A DNA stretch of 64,000 nucleotides from Clostridiales bacterium (GCA_015055515.1 SVIC01000001.1:91327-155326), one strand, 5' to 3'; counted from the first letter of the stretch, positions 47,862-57,902 are shown. Numbers and translations are program-made. Notes: a model not told the origin generated them from the sequence alone.

Positions 47862-48521
47862 TTATTTGTCTTTGTTTAGTTTTTTCTCCAATTCACTTAT
47901 TTTAGATTTTAATGCATTGTATTCTTCTACAGTTATTTTAATGTATTTTGTATTTGTTGAATCTGTGCTAATACTCTTTTTGCTAAGTATGGCGGTAGTA
48001 CATAGTAGGGCAAGGGCTACCAAACACATAGTCCAGAATATTTGGTTTATGCCATTGATTGCTATAATCTCAAAAAAACATATATTGATAGTTATTAATA
48101 CATCTATAATAATTACGATCACATATGTTGTAATTTGAAGAGGTAGTAATTGTTTTCCAAGTCTTAGATGTAGTGATATAATAATGCAAAAAAGTATAGT
48201 TGTCATTGCTAGTATAATAGTAAAATTGTTAAATGCTAGCGTTGTGGTGAAGTTAGACCAATAAATAATAATTGCTAATAGTGAAGATATAAGTAGTAGT
48301 GAAATACTGATAATAGATATTGTCTTATTTTTGTTATACATATTCAAAGCATTAATACAGAATACTCCTGATATAGCAAGTGTTGCAAGAGATAGGATGA
48401 TATATAGTGTAGTACCTGTAAATACATCCAGACCAAATATTGCACATATAAGTATTAGTATTGGTATTGCTATAAAACAAATAGTGCAAATTGTTAATAT
48501 TTTTTTAATTTTTTCTATCAT
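47862..48521 (-). CDS. membrane protein (about 6 TM) with C-terminal coiled coil
   Basis: ATG 48521 lies 8 nt after AAGGAG. A hydrophobic core is followed by EEYNALKSKISELEKKLNK. Confidence 0.45.
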   Translation of the reverse strand: MIEKIKKILTICTICFIAIPILILICAIFGLDVFTGTTLYIILSLATLAISGVFCINALNMYNKNKTISIISISLLLISSLLAIIIYWSNFTTTLAFNNFTIILAMTTILFCIIISLHLRLGKQLLPLQITTYVIVIIIDVLITINICFFEIIAINGINQIFWTMCLVALALLCTTAILSKKSISTDSTNTKYIKITVEEYNALKSKISELEKKLNKDK

Positions 48522-48670
48522 ATTTTGTTCTCCTTTTTTATATTTTATCAAAATACTATATTATTATACAAATAAATAAAATAATAAAAATTTTTAATAA
48601 AACATGGTTAAAATAGTATAAAACATAATAAAAAAGAAATAATTAAATAACAAAAAATTAAGGAGAAATT

Positions 48671-49267
48671 ATGGAATTAAAAGATAGTAAGACATTTAAG
48701 AATTTGGCTCGTGCATTTGCTGCAGAGTGTCAAGCAAGGACAAGATATGAATTTGTAGAGTATGGGTTCAGGTATAATGGATATAAGGCTATTGCAAGTC
48801 TTATAGACAAGATTGCTTATCAAGAATTTAATCACGCAAGAATGCTGTACACTAAGATCCAAGAAGCAAATCCAGATGAGATAAAAGATATAGAGATATG
48901 CTCAGGTTTTCCATTTAAGGAGAAATGGGATATGGAAGAGAATTTAAGACTTCTTGCAGAAGATGAGGCTGATGAGGCTGATGCATATACTGAATTTATT
49001 GCTGTAGCAGAGGAAGAGGGTTTTGATGATATTGCGAAATTATTCAAACAAATCAAGACTGTAGAATTAAGACACAAAGAAATATTTATGGAAATATATG
49101 ACCAATTCAAGAAGAAGAAATTATATAAGAAGACAACTAAGACCATATGGGTTTGCCCTGATTGTGGGTATGTAGGCGAGAGTAAAGAAGCGTGGGAAAA
49201 GTGTCCTTTGTGCGAGGCTGAACAGGGTGTGTGCTATATTAGTTTAGAACAAGGATATTTGGTATAA
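48671..49267 (+). CDS. rubrerythrin
   Basis: Ferritin-like diiron ExxH motifs (QEFNHA, VELRHK) plus a C-terminal rubredoxin CPDCGY...CPLC. Confidence 0.85.
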   Translation: MELKDSKTFKNLARAFAAECQARTRYEFVEYGFRYNGYKAIASLIDKIAYQEFNHARMLYTKIQEANPDEIKDIEICSGFPFKEKWDMEENLRLLAEDEADEADAYTEFIAVAEEEGFDDIAKLFKQIKTVELRHKEIFMEIYDQFKKKKLYKKTTKTIWVCPDCGYVGESKEAWEKCPLCEAEQGVCYISLEQGYLV

Positions 49268-49323
49268 ATTGATAAAAAATGGGCAAATGTTAAATTTGCT
49301 CATTTTTGTAATAAAATATGGGT

Positions 49324-50205
49324 TTATGACAAAAACTCGATAATGTCTGACAATACTATATCTTTATTTGTCTCATTTAGCAATTCATGTCTTGCATTTT
49401 CGTAACTTTTGATTTTTGCATTTTTGCCTTTTTTGATATATGTTCTATATAACTTCTCTATCTGTTTTCCTTTTTCTCCCACAGGGTCTGCAGTGCCATA
49501 TATTAATAGTATTTTTGTATCTTTTTCAATATCATTTATTCCTTTATTTAACTTACCCATGTTTCTAAATAACGAAGAGTAGAATGATACAGGAAAGGGT
49601 GTACCACAGAATTTATCTGCCTTGTATTTATTCCACACAGCCTCGTCTCTAGACAGCCAGTTGCCGTTTTCAAAACCTTTGGCGTAATTCTTAAAACTCA
49701 TATTCTCTATCATAGTTGCTTTGCCGTGTTTGCCGTTCTTCCATTTAGTTAACTTTGCAACAATTCTACCAAATTTCATTATTAGATTATCACCATTTGT
49801 TGTGCCACAGATGATGACTTTTTTTGCTACGTGACACACTTGGATATACTTCTGTGTAATGAATGATCCGTAGGAATGTCCGAATACAAATAGTGGCAAA
49901 TTAGGATAATTTTCTTCTATATATTTTGTCACAATTATTTGGTCTTGGACTGTCTCCGAAAATATATCGCCATTACTTACTCCAAGGTGTTTTTCATCTA
50001 TTGCTGTTTTGCCATGACCACGAAGATCGGATGCAATTGCAATATATCCTTCCTTGTTAAAATATTTGCAAGCCTCATCATATCTTCCTGCATGTTCTTG
50101 CATGCCATGTATTATTTGGATTACACCTATAGGTTTCTTTACTTCATCATATACATAAGTATTGAGTTCTAGATTGTCAAATGATCTTATTTTTATCTCT
50201 TTCAT
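49324..50205 (-). CDS. alpha/beta hydrolase (lysophospholipase / monoacylglycerol lipase-like)
   Basis: HGMQEH oxyanion region and a GHSYGS nucleophile elbow. The C-terminus carries D and H (YENARHE). Confidence 0.7.
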   Translation of the reverse strand: MKEIKIRSFDNLELNTYVYDEVKKPIGVIQIIHGMQEHAGRYDEACKYFNKEGYIAIASDLRGHGKTAIDEKHLGVSNGDIFSETVQDQIIVTKYIEENYPNLPLFVFGHSYGSFITQKYIQVCHVAKKVIICGTTNGDNLIMKFGRIVAKLTKWKNGKHGKATMIENMSFKNYAKGFENGNWLSRDEAVWNKYKADKFCGTPFPVSFYSSLFRNMGKLNKGINDIEKDTKILLIYGTADPVGEKGKQIEKLYRTYIKKGKNAKIKSYENARHELLNETNKDIVLSDIIEFLS

Positions 50206-51680
50206 TTCTTACTCCTCTTTGCGTGGTATAAGGTGGTTGCTACTGCATCTTCCCACTTTGTAAATAAATTATCTCTATTGTATCTAGTTATTGCTGGCTT
50301 GTATATATTTTTTACTTTATATAGTTTTGTAATGTCTTGCATTGTCATTATTTTTTTAGCTAAGGCAACCATATATATTGCTCCTAGTGCAGTGCTTTCT
50401 ACTTGATAACTTTTAATTACATTTCTCTGTATCATGTTTGATTGAAATTGCAGTAAGAATTCGTTCTTGCTACCGCCACCATCTACATGTAGTTCTTTGA
50501 CACTTATTGTTCTGTCTGCCATTGTTCTGATAATGGAGTAGGTGTTGTATGCTATTGATTCAATACATGCTCTTATAATATGAGCTTTGTTAGTTGCTAG
50601 TGTCATGCCAGTAATAGATCCCTTTGCAAAACTATCCCAATATGGTGCACCAAGGCCGGTAAAAGCGGGAACGAAGTATACACCATCATTGTCTGGTATG
50701 CTATTGCATATATCAGATGTCTCTCTCACATCATCATATAAGTTTAGGTTGTATTTTAGCCAGTTAATTGCATTGCATGCTGAGAACACACTGCCTTCTA
50801 GGGCATAAATTGTTCTTCCGTTAATAGTGTATCCTATGGTGCATAGAGTGGTTTTGCTTTTTACTCGTTCTTCGCCTGTATTCATAAGTATAAAGCATCC
50901 TGTGCCATAGGTTGCCTTTGTCATGCCTTTTCTAAGGCAGGCCTGACCAAATAGACTTGCTTGTTGGTCACCAATTATTCCACATAACTCGAAGTTGTAA
51001 TCTAGGCACTTGCCTATAACATCATTACACGATACAACATCTGCTAGTGCGTGCCTAGGAATATTGAAATAGTTAAGCAAATCACTATCCCAGTCTAGAT
51101 TATCAATATTAAACAGCATTGTTCTGGATGCGTTTGTTGTATCGGTTACAAATTTACCAGTTAGTTTGAATGCAAGATAGCTATCTATTGTACCTATGCA
51201 AAGTTGCTTTTTATCGAGTAATTCCTTTGCTTTTGGGACATTATCAATTATCCATTTCATCTTGCTGGCACTAAAATATGCATCTGCGATTAAGCCTGTT
51301 TTGTTTTTTATCTTCCTTACAATATTTTTAGGTAATGACTCAATATATTTTGCGGTTCTTCTGCATTGCCATACGATTGCTCTGTATATTGGATTGCCTG
51401 TTGTTTTGTCCCATGCCACGACCGTTTCGCGCTGGTTTGTGATACCTATGCCAAGTATCTCATTTTGGCTTATTTTAGCGTTTTGTAGCAAGTCATCAAG
51501 TGTTTTTTTCTGGCTATTCCATATCTCAGTTGCATCCTGTTCTACCCATCCAGTCTTAGGATAAAACTGCTTAAATGGCATCTGCTCGGTATGAACGATT
51601 TCATTTGTTTTCGTATCGTACAATATTGAACGCAGACTGGTTGTTCCTTCATCCAAGGCTATAATATATCTTTTTTCCAT
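50202..51680 (-). CDS. glpK: glycerol kinase
   Basis: YIIALDEGTTSLRS, GITNQRETVVAWD, YGTGCF and VDGGGSKN motifs; 492 aa. Confidence 0.9.
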   Translation of the reverse strand: MEKRYIIALDEGTTSLRSILYDTKTNEIVHTEQMPFKQFYPKTGWVEQDATEIWNSQKKTLDDLLQNAKISQNEILGIGITNQRETVVAWDKTTGNPIYRAIVWQCRRTAKYIESLPKNIVRKIKNKTGLIADAYFSASKMKWIIDNVPKAKELLDKKQLCIGTIDSYLAFKLTGKFVTDTTNASRTMLFNIDNLDWDSDLLNYFNIPRHALADVVSCNDVIGKCLDYNFELCGIIGDQQASLFGQACLRKGMTKATYGTGCFILMNTGEERVKSKTTLCTIGYTINGRTIYALEGSVFSACNAINWLKYNLNLYDDVRETSDICNSIPDNDGVYFVPAFTGLGAPYWDSFAKGSITGMTLATNKAHIIRACIESIAYNTYSIIRTMADRTISVKELHVDGGGSKNEFLLQFQSNMIQRNVIKSYQVESTALGAIYMVALAKKIMTMQDITKLYKVKNIYKPAITRYNRDNLFTKWEDAVATTLYHAKRSKK

Positions 51681-51753
51681 ATTCTCACTCCTATACTAAT
51701 AATATAATACCATATTACAAAAAATATAAAAAGCGAAATTAGGATAATAAAAA

Positions 51754-51782
51754 TTGACATATTTTATATAAATTATTACAAT
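51754..51782 (+). promoter_or_regulatory. promoter of the glpA-like operon
   Basis: TTGACA, a 17-nt spacer, then TACAAT. Confidence 0.5.
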
Positions 51783-51814
51783 CATAGTAATATATAAATA
51801 TTGGTGGAGTGGAG

Positions 51815-53242
51815 ATGACAAAAGATATCTATGATATAGCTATAATAGGCGCTGGTGTTGTGGGCGTGAGTATATTCAATGATTTGGCTAGATGTGGTGT
51901 AAGGGTAGTATTATTAGAAAAAGAATTGGATGTGTCTACTGGTACAACCAAGGCAAATAGCGGAATAATTCATGCAGGCTTTGATGCGGAGCCTGGAACA
52001 TTAAAAGCAAAGCTGAATGTAGCTGGTAATGCAATGTTTCCAGAGATTTGTAAGAGGTTACATGTGCCTCTTAATAAATGCGGTGCATATGTTGTTGGTG
52101 CAAGTGAGGATGCAGTAGATGCATTAATTCTAAAAGCAAAAAAGAATGGCGTTGCAGGTGTAAAAAAACTAGGAAGGAAGGAATTATTGACACTTTTGCC
52201 TAGTATTACGGAAAATATAAAGTATGGTTTGTTTGCGGAAAATAGTTATATAATAGAGCCATATTTCTATACCATTTGCCTGGCAGAAGAAGCAGTTATT
52301 AATGGTGGAGATTTGTTCTTGGGCTATATTGCAAAGAAGATCACTAAGAAGGCGGAATATTTCGTTATATCAGATGGCAAAAAAGATGTATGTGCAAAGT
52401 GTATTATAAATAGTGCTGGATCGCAATACAATAATGTTGCGAAGATGTTAAAGGCAGAACAATATAAGATTGAATATAGGCGTGGCGAATATTATGTTCT
52501 GGATCATAGTGAGAAGGATATAGTGACATCTACAATATTTCCATTGCCGGACAAGATGGGTAAGGGGGTCTTAGTTACACCCACTGTTAGTGGTAACATA
52601 TTGGTTGGCCCTACTAGTTATGTATCGGAAGATGATACCAAGACTACTGATTTTGGATTGAATGATATTAGGCAAAAAGTATCTAATATGTTAACAAATG
52701 TCAATCTAGGAAAAACAATTAGGGTGTTCTCTGGTATAAGGTCAGTGATAGGGCATGATTTCGTGATAGAGCGTAGTAAAAAAGTGCCAGGAGTTATTAA
52801 TATTGCGGGTATTTGTTCACCAGGCCTAAGTAGTGCTCCTGCGATATCAAGATATGTTATGCAATTACTGGGTGTGCAATATAAGCCAATGGCAAATTGT
52901 AAAAGGATAAAACCTTATACTAGGCTTAGCGATATGTCTAATTCTGCAAAGAACAAATTAATCGCTGAAAATAGCGATTATGGCAAGATTGTATGTAAAT
53001 GTGAAGGCATAACCGTGGGCGAGATTAAGGATGCTATAAATAGACCAATAAGGCCCATAACTATGGATGGAATAAAGCGTAGGATTAGACCTGGAATGGG
53101 AAGGTGTCAAGGCGGGTTCTGCAATGATAAGGTCGCTATGCTTATAGCAAAAGAAAATGGTATACGCCTAGAAGATGTTGTCAAGGAAAAAAGTGGTGGC
53201 AGGTATATTGTAGGCAATGTATCTAGCAAAGGAGTGAGGTAA
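51815..53242 (+). CDS. FAD-dependent glycerol-3-phosphate dehydrogenase/oxidase-like protein with BFD-like [2Fe-2S] domain
   Basis: N-terminal IIGAGVVG dinucleotide fold. The C-terminal CKCEGITVGEIKDAI...GMGRCQGGFC is a BFD-like Cys motif. The gene is divergent from glpK. Confidence 0.75.
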   Translation: MTKDIYDIAIIGAGVVGVSIFNDLARCGVRVVLLEKELDVSTGTTKANSGIIHAGFDAEPGTLKAKLNVAGNAMFPEICKRLHVPLNKCGAYVVGASEDAVDALILKAKKNGVAGVKKLGRKELLTLLPSITENIKYGLFAENSYIIEPYFYTICLAEEAVINGGDLFLGYIAKKITKKAEYFVISDGKKDVCAKCIINSAGSQYNNVAKMLKAEQYKIEYRRGEYYVLDHSEKDIVTSTIFPLPDKMGKGVLVTPTVSGNILVGPTSYVSEDDTKTTDFGLNDIRQKVSNMLTNVNLGKTIRVFSGIRSVIGHDFVIERSKKVPGVINIAGICSPGLSSAPAISRYVMQLLGVQYKPMANCKRIKPYTRLSDMSNSAKNKLIAENSDYGKIVCKCEGITVGEIKDAINRPIRPITMDGIKRRIRPGMGRCQGGFCNDKVAMLIAKENGIRLEDVVKEKSGGRYIVGNVSSKGVR

Positions 53243-54465
53243 TGAAGTACGATGTCATAGTCATAGGCGGTGGTCCTGCTGGTATGTCGGCGGGATTAGA
53301 GAGTGCCAGGAATGGTAGCAAGACACTAATTATAGAGAGAAATCCATATCTAGGCGGAATATTAAAGCAGTGCATTCACAATGGCTTTGGCTTGCATTAT
53401 TTCAAGGAAGAATTTACGGGACCAGAATATGCGAAGAAATTTATATCAATGGTTGCTAAAGAGCCAAAGTTAGATGTTATGACCAATACCTTTGTTACTG
53501 GTATTGATGGAACAAATGTAGAAATAATGAATGAGAATGGTGCTGGTAAATTAACCTGCAAGGCACTAGTGCTTGCTATGGGGTGCAGAGAACGAACGGC
53601 TGGTAATATTCTTCTTACTGGATCACGTCCTGCTGGCGTATATACTGCAGGCGAGGCACAAAGGCTAGTTAATATATTAGGAAAAATGCCTGGAAAAGAG
53701 GTTGTGATACTAGGTAGTGGTGACATAGGGCTTATTATGGCTAGAAGGTTAACTATGCAAGGAGCAAAGGTCAAGGCTGTGTTAGAGATCAATTCTACTA
53801 CAAGTGGACTAAGGCGTAATGTAGTGCAGTGTCTAGATGATTTCGGTATTCCATTATTACTTAATACTTCCATATTCGAAGTCGTGGGGAAAGACAGAGT
53901 AGAAGGTGTGTGGTATGGCAAGGTAGATGAGAAGTACAATAAGTTGGTAAAAACTAAGAAATTTATGAAATGCGACACTATTATACTATCTGTAGGCTTA
54001 GTTCCAGAGACTGATCTTGTGGACATGCCGTTGTCAAGAGTGACAAAGAGTGTTAGTGTGGATAATTATCTTATGACAGAGAAGGATGGCGTATTTGCTT
54101 GTGGCAATTTCTTGCATGTGCATGATCTGGTTGATAACGTGTCATTAGAGTCGGCGATGGCGGGGAAATTTGCTAGTATGTATGCGAAGGGTAAGTTAAT
54201 TAAATCGACAGCATTTAACTTGGTATCGGGTGCTGGTATAAGTTACGTTATTCCATCCAAAGTGTACAATGTAGAAGATAAGATACAGATTAGATTTAGG
54301 ATCAAGCAGAAGGTAACAAAGACAAATTTTGTTATAAAGAATGCCAAGGGTGAGTTGTTAGCAAAAAAATATGTGTTAGCATCCCTTCCTGGTGAGATGC
54401 AGACTATGGAGATAGATGGCAAATTAATTAAAAGCGATATTACTGTATCGGTGGAGGGGTTATGA
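53242..54465 (+). CDS. NAD(P)/FAD-dependent pyridine-nucleotide oxidoreductase
   Basis: Two Rossmann motifs (VIGGGPAGMSAG and ILGSGDIGLIMA). Its start overlaps the upstream stop. Confidence 0.7.
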   Translation: MKYDVIVIGGGPAGMSAGLESARNGSKTLIIERNPYLGGILKQCIHNGFGLHYFKEEFTGPEYAKKFISMVAKEPKLDVMTNTFVTGIDGTNVEIMNENGAGKLTCKALVLAMGCRERTAGNILLTGSRPAGVYTAGEAQRLVNILGKMPGKEVVILGSGDIGLIMARRLTMQGAKVKAVLEINSTTSGLRRNVVQCLDDFGIPLLLNTSIFEVVGKDRVEGVWYGKVDEKYNKLVKTKKFMKCDTIILSVGLVPETDLVDMPLSRVTKSVSVDNYLMTEKDGVFACGNFLHVHDLVDNVSLESAMAGKFASMYAKGKLIKSTAFNLVSGAGISYVIPSKVYNVEDKIQIRFRIKQKVTKTNFVIKNAKGELLAKKYVLASLPGEMQTMEIDGKLIKSDITVSVEGL

Positions 54466-54812
54466 AATTAATATGTATTATGTGTCCTATGGGCTGTGAG
54501 TTGACAGTAACAAAAGAAAAAAATGGCGATGTAAAAGTATCTGGCAATACCTGCATTAGAGGAGAGGTGTATGGCAAGGAAGAAGTGACTGCACCGAAGA
54601 GAATGCTGACAGCTCTAGTTAAGACTGATATGGGTGTTCTTCCGGTAAAGACTACGAAGCCAATTCCGAAGTCAATGGTGTTTGCTGTGAACGATGAAAT
54701 AGGTAAATTGAGGTTAAAAAAGGCTAAATCGGGAGATAAGATAATCAAAAATGTGCTAAATACCGGTGCTGATATAATAGTGACTGGTGATTATGTGCAG
54801 TACGATTTGTAG
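54462..54812 (+). CDS. DUF1667-domain protein
   Basis: 116 aa. CIMCPMGCELTV...GNTCIRGEVYGKEE is the pattern of the small Cys-rich third subunit usually found after the two oxidoreductases. Confidence 0.65.
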   Translation: MKLICIMCPMGCELTVTKEKNGDVKVSGNTCIRGEVYGKEEVTAPKRMLTALVKTDMGVLPVKTTKPIPKSMVFAVNDEIGKLRLKKAKSGDKIIKNVLNTGADIIVTGDYVQYDL

Positions 54813-54870
54813 TCGGAAATAAAATAACAAAACTATTGCGAAAAAAAATAAGTTATGGTATACTTGCGAC

Positions 54871-56556
54871 ATGGATATAAGAAATAGTATTATAAGAGAA
54901 ATAAAATATAAAGTAGAAAATATTAATTTTAATGATTTATTAATAGAGAGTGTAAGTGCAGACAAGGGAGATTATTGCTTGCCTTGTTTTGCTATGGCAA
55001 AGGAATTAAAAGAAAATCCTAATAAGATCGCCAACGATATTTCTTCCACAGTAAATGTGGGTGGAATTGTGGAAAAGTGCGAAGTTGTAGGCGGTTATGT
55101 AAATTTCTTTCTAAATAGAGATGTGGTTTCTGCCGAGATAATAAAAGATATTCTAGCAGATAGTATGCAGTATACAGATGGCGATGGTAAGACTATATGT
55201 ATAGACTATTCTTCTGTAAACTTAGCAAAATATATGCACATAGGACACTTAAAAAATACAATTATTGGTGAGAGTATAGCACGTATTTGTGAGGCATTGG
55301 GCTACAAAGTGATTAGGATCAACTATATTGGAGACTATGGTACACCATTTGGTAAGATTATTGCTGGATATGAGATGTGGGGCAATAAGGCCGATGTGGA
55401 TAAGCGTGGAATTGATGCTTTGCAAGAATTGTATGTGAAGTTCAACCAAGAGGCACAGAATGATCCAACACTAGATGATAAGGCTCGTGAGATATTCAAG
55501 CAGATAGAGATGAAAGATCCTCACTACTATGCAATCTATCAATGGGTAATAGATATAGCGGTAAAAGAGGCAGAAAGGCTACTTGGAATACTAGGTATTA
55601 AGTTCGATTCTTGGCGTGGTGAGTCCTATTATAGTGAGAAGTTGGATGATGTAGTAGGCTATTTGCAGAACAAGGGTCTTACTAAGGTAAGCGAGGGTGC
55701 ATTAGTAGTAGATTTAGAAGATTACGATATGCCACCATGTCTAATTAGGCGTAGTGATGGTGCTAGCCTATATGCTACTCGTGATATTGCTGCAGCAATA
55801 GATAGATATAATACATATCATTTTGATCAGATGTTCTATGTGACAGGTCATGAGCAGATGTTGCATTTCAAGCAGTTTTTCAAGGTGCTAGATCTAGCAG
55901 GTGAGGAATTTGCTAATAATTTGGAACACATACACTACGGATTATTTAGTCTACCTACTGGAAAAATCTCATCACGTCTTGGCAAACAAGCAACCCTTGT
56001 GGATATCATGGATTATGCTCATGCTAAGGCAGAAGAGGTAATTAAGGATAGAACATTCAATATTCTTACACCAGAAGAGGTTGCGGATAAGGTAGCTAGA
56101 AGTGCTCTTAATTATAGTGCATTGAAGGTAGAGGTAGGCAAGGATTGCGTATTCGATATAGACAAGGCATTTAGTTTTGAAGGTGAGACAGCCCCATATA
56201 TGCAGTATACTTATACTCGTATAGAGAGTATTCTAAGAAAGGCAAAGGATATGAATTTGTCAGAAGTTAAGGTAGATTACTCTGCTTTGAATAGTACAGA
56301 GGCGTTTGAATTATTGAAGGCTTGTAATGGACTAAAATTAACAATAGTTAATGCTTATACTAAGCGAGAGCCTAGTATCATTGTGAAGCGTGCTATGGAT
56401 ATATGTAAGACATTGAACAAATTCTATACCAATACTAAGGTGCTTGGCGGATCGAACTCAGAGATTATGGCGAAGATAGAATTATTACAATGTGTAAAGA
56501 AGACCCTTGCGGTATTATTTAGATTGATGTGTATAGATACACTTATAGAGATGTAA
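54871..56556 (+). CDS. argS: arginine--tRNA ligase
   Basis: Class I HIGH motif (MHIGHLKN), RRSDGASLYATRDIAA and a C-terminal DALR-type anticodon-binding domain; 561 aa. Confidence 0.9.
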   Translation: MDIRNSIIREIKYKVENINFNDLLIESVSADKGDYCLPCFAMAKELKENPNKIANDISSTVNVGGIVEKCEVVGGYVNFFLNRDVVSAEIIKDILADSMQYTDGDGKTICIDYSSVNLAKYMHIGHLKNTIIGESIARICEALGYKVIRINYIGDYGTPFGKIIAGYEMWGNKADVDKRGIDALQELYVKFNQEAQNDPTLDDKAREIFKQIEMKDPHYYAIYQWVIDIAVKEAERLLGILGIKFDSWRGESYYSEKLDDVVGYLQNKGLTKVSEGALVVDLEDYDMPPCLIRRSDGASLYATRDIAAAIDRYNTYHFDQMFYVTGHEQMLHFKQFFKVLDLAGEEFANNLEHIHYGLFSLPTGKISSRLGKQATLVDIMDYAHAKAEEVIKDRTFNILTPEEVADKVARSALNYSALKVEVGKDCVFDIDKAFSFEGETAPYMQYTYTRIESILRKAKDMNLSEVKVDYSALNSTEAFELLKACNGLKLTIVNAYTKREPSIIVKRAMDICKTLNKFYTNTKVLGGSNSEIMAKIELLQCVKKTLAVLFRLMCIDTLIEM

Positions 56557-56560
56557 AAAA

Positions 56561-56582
56561 AATCACCTATATTTAGGTGATT
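56561..56582. terminator. bidirectional terminator hairpin, copy 1 of a repeated 22-nt palindrome
   Basis: AATCACCTATATTTAGGTGATT, flanked by an A8 run and a T8 run. Confidence 0.75.
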
Positions 56583-56594
56583 TTTTTTATCGCT

Positions 56595-57692
56595 TTATGT
56601 TGCTGGGGTGATCTCTATATATATCTTGATATCAGTATCGTACCAGCCACCATCACCATTATATTGCAGTGAACAATTGTTTGTTCCCCAGTAAATATCG
56701 TTCTTCAAAACAGAGCATTCATTTATAATATCGCTTGCAGGATTTACAAATCCTCCAGTATTGCCTGTGCTTGCATCAAATACACGCGTATTAGTATATA
56801 CAATACTATCCTCCATTGTTAGATATTTGACAGTGAAAAGGAACCTATCGGTTGTATTGGTTGTATTTACGATTAGATTAATCAGTGTTGGTACAGTAAT
56901 TGAGTTCACATAGTCATCATTATTGGAAATTTCTTCGGAGAATAAGGTTTGTGAATAATTATTTATTTCTATTGTAAAATCTGATCCACTTCTGTTTCTT
57001 ATTCCCCAGATTATATCTAGGTCATCGGTAGTAGTAGCGCTACTCCAATCGAATACATTTGGATCTGTTAGGTCATATCCCAGTTCAATTGTCATATCTA
57101 GTTCAAAAGCATTTACATCCAGTGTTGCATCAGTTACCTTCATTACCACTACTATAGTCTTAGATGCTTGACCAATACCGATGTTAACGAAATATTTGTC
57201 TGTAGCAAACTTTATCTCTGTAGCACTAGCCTCTGTATTTCCTATAAATATAGATACATTGTCATTATCTGATATTCCGCTGAATGTAGCCAGAGCTTTT
57301 AATATTTTAGTATTGCTGTCATTTGCAGTATTTTTTATTTCAAATGTATATACCGCTCTGCCACTTGCAGTTAAGTCTGCATTAACGAACTCTACACCAC
57401 CAGTAGATGTTGCGTCTTCTGCATTGAATGTTACGGTTTTACTTTGTTTAGTAGTCTCGCCATCTTTGATATTAATAGTGCTATCATTGTCGCTAGTGCC
57501 AGTGGCGTTAGCATAATTGATACCTGATGCAGTGATGGTAGCATCTACATTATTTGCAGTATATGATATAGTCATGCTGTTGTTCATAGTTGCTTGCTGT
57601 GCTACTAATACCAGTCCAATAGATAGACCAATTACTGCTAGTAGTAGTACAGATACTATTGCAATAACCATTATTTTTTGTTTGGTTTTCAT
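56595..57692 (-). CDS. secreted or membrane-anchored surface protein, unknown function
   Basis: N-terminal signal/anchor (IMVIAIVSVLLLAVIGLSIGLVLV) followed by a T/N/S/D-rich beta-type sequence. AGGGAG RBS. Confidence 0.5.
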   Translation of the reverse strand: MKTKQKIMVIAIVSVLLLAVIGLSIGLVLVAQQATMNNSMTISYTANNVDATITASGINYANATGTSDNDSTINIKDGETTKQSKTVTFNAEDATSTGGVEFVNADLTASGRAVYTFEIKNTANDSNTKILKALATFSGISDNDNVSIFIGNTEASATEIKFATDKYFVNIGIGQASKTIVVVMKVTDATLDVNAFELDMTIELGYDLTDPNVFDWSSATTTDDLDIIWGIRNRSGSDFTIEINNYSQTLFSEEISNNDDYVNSITVPTLINLIVNTTNTTDRFLFTVKYLTMEDSIVYTNTRVFDASTGNTGGFVNPASDIINECSVLKNDIYWGTNNCSLQYNGDGGWYDTDIKIYIEITPAT

Positions 57693-57788
57693 GTTTTATC
57701 TCCCTTGTATTTAATTTTTGTACTGTGTATTTTGTGGAAAAGTAAAAAACAAAAAACGTTCAAAAATACACCAATTTAGCACAATAAA

Positions 57789-57819
57789 ATTATATATATA
57801 TATATATCGAAGGTGTCAA
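57789..57819 (-). promoter_or_regulatory. promoter whose spacer and -10 region are built from a (TA)n tract
   Basis: On the minus strand: TTGACA (57819-57814), CCTTCG, (AT)8A, then ATT. TATATA falls at a 17-nt spacing and TATAAT at a 19-nt spacing. Confidence 0.5.
57791..57807. repeat. dinucleotide microsatellite (TA)8.5
   Basis: TATATATATATATATAT, 17 nt uninterrupted. Confidence 0.95.
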
Positions 57820-57902
57820 ATGATTTTAATAGGATTATTTTATAAAAAATAAATTAATATCCACAGACGATGTGGATTGTTGTGAGACTTACAAAAAATA
57901 AA

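Noticed and set aside
54813-54870. Possible T-box or other leader upstream of argS.
   Set aside because: Only 58 nt separate DUF1667 from the argS start. That is too short for a T-box, and no specifier or terminator-antiterminator structure is visible.
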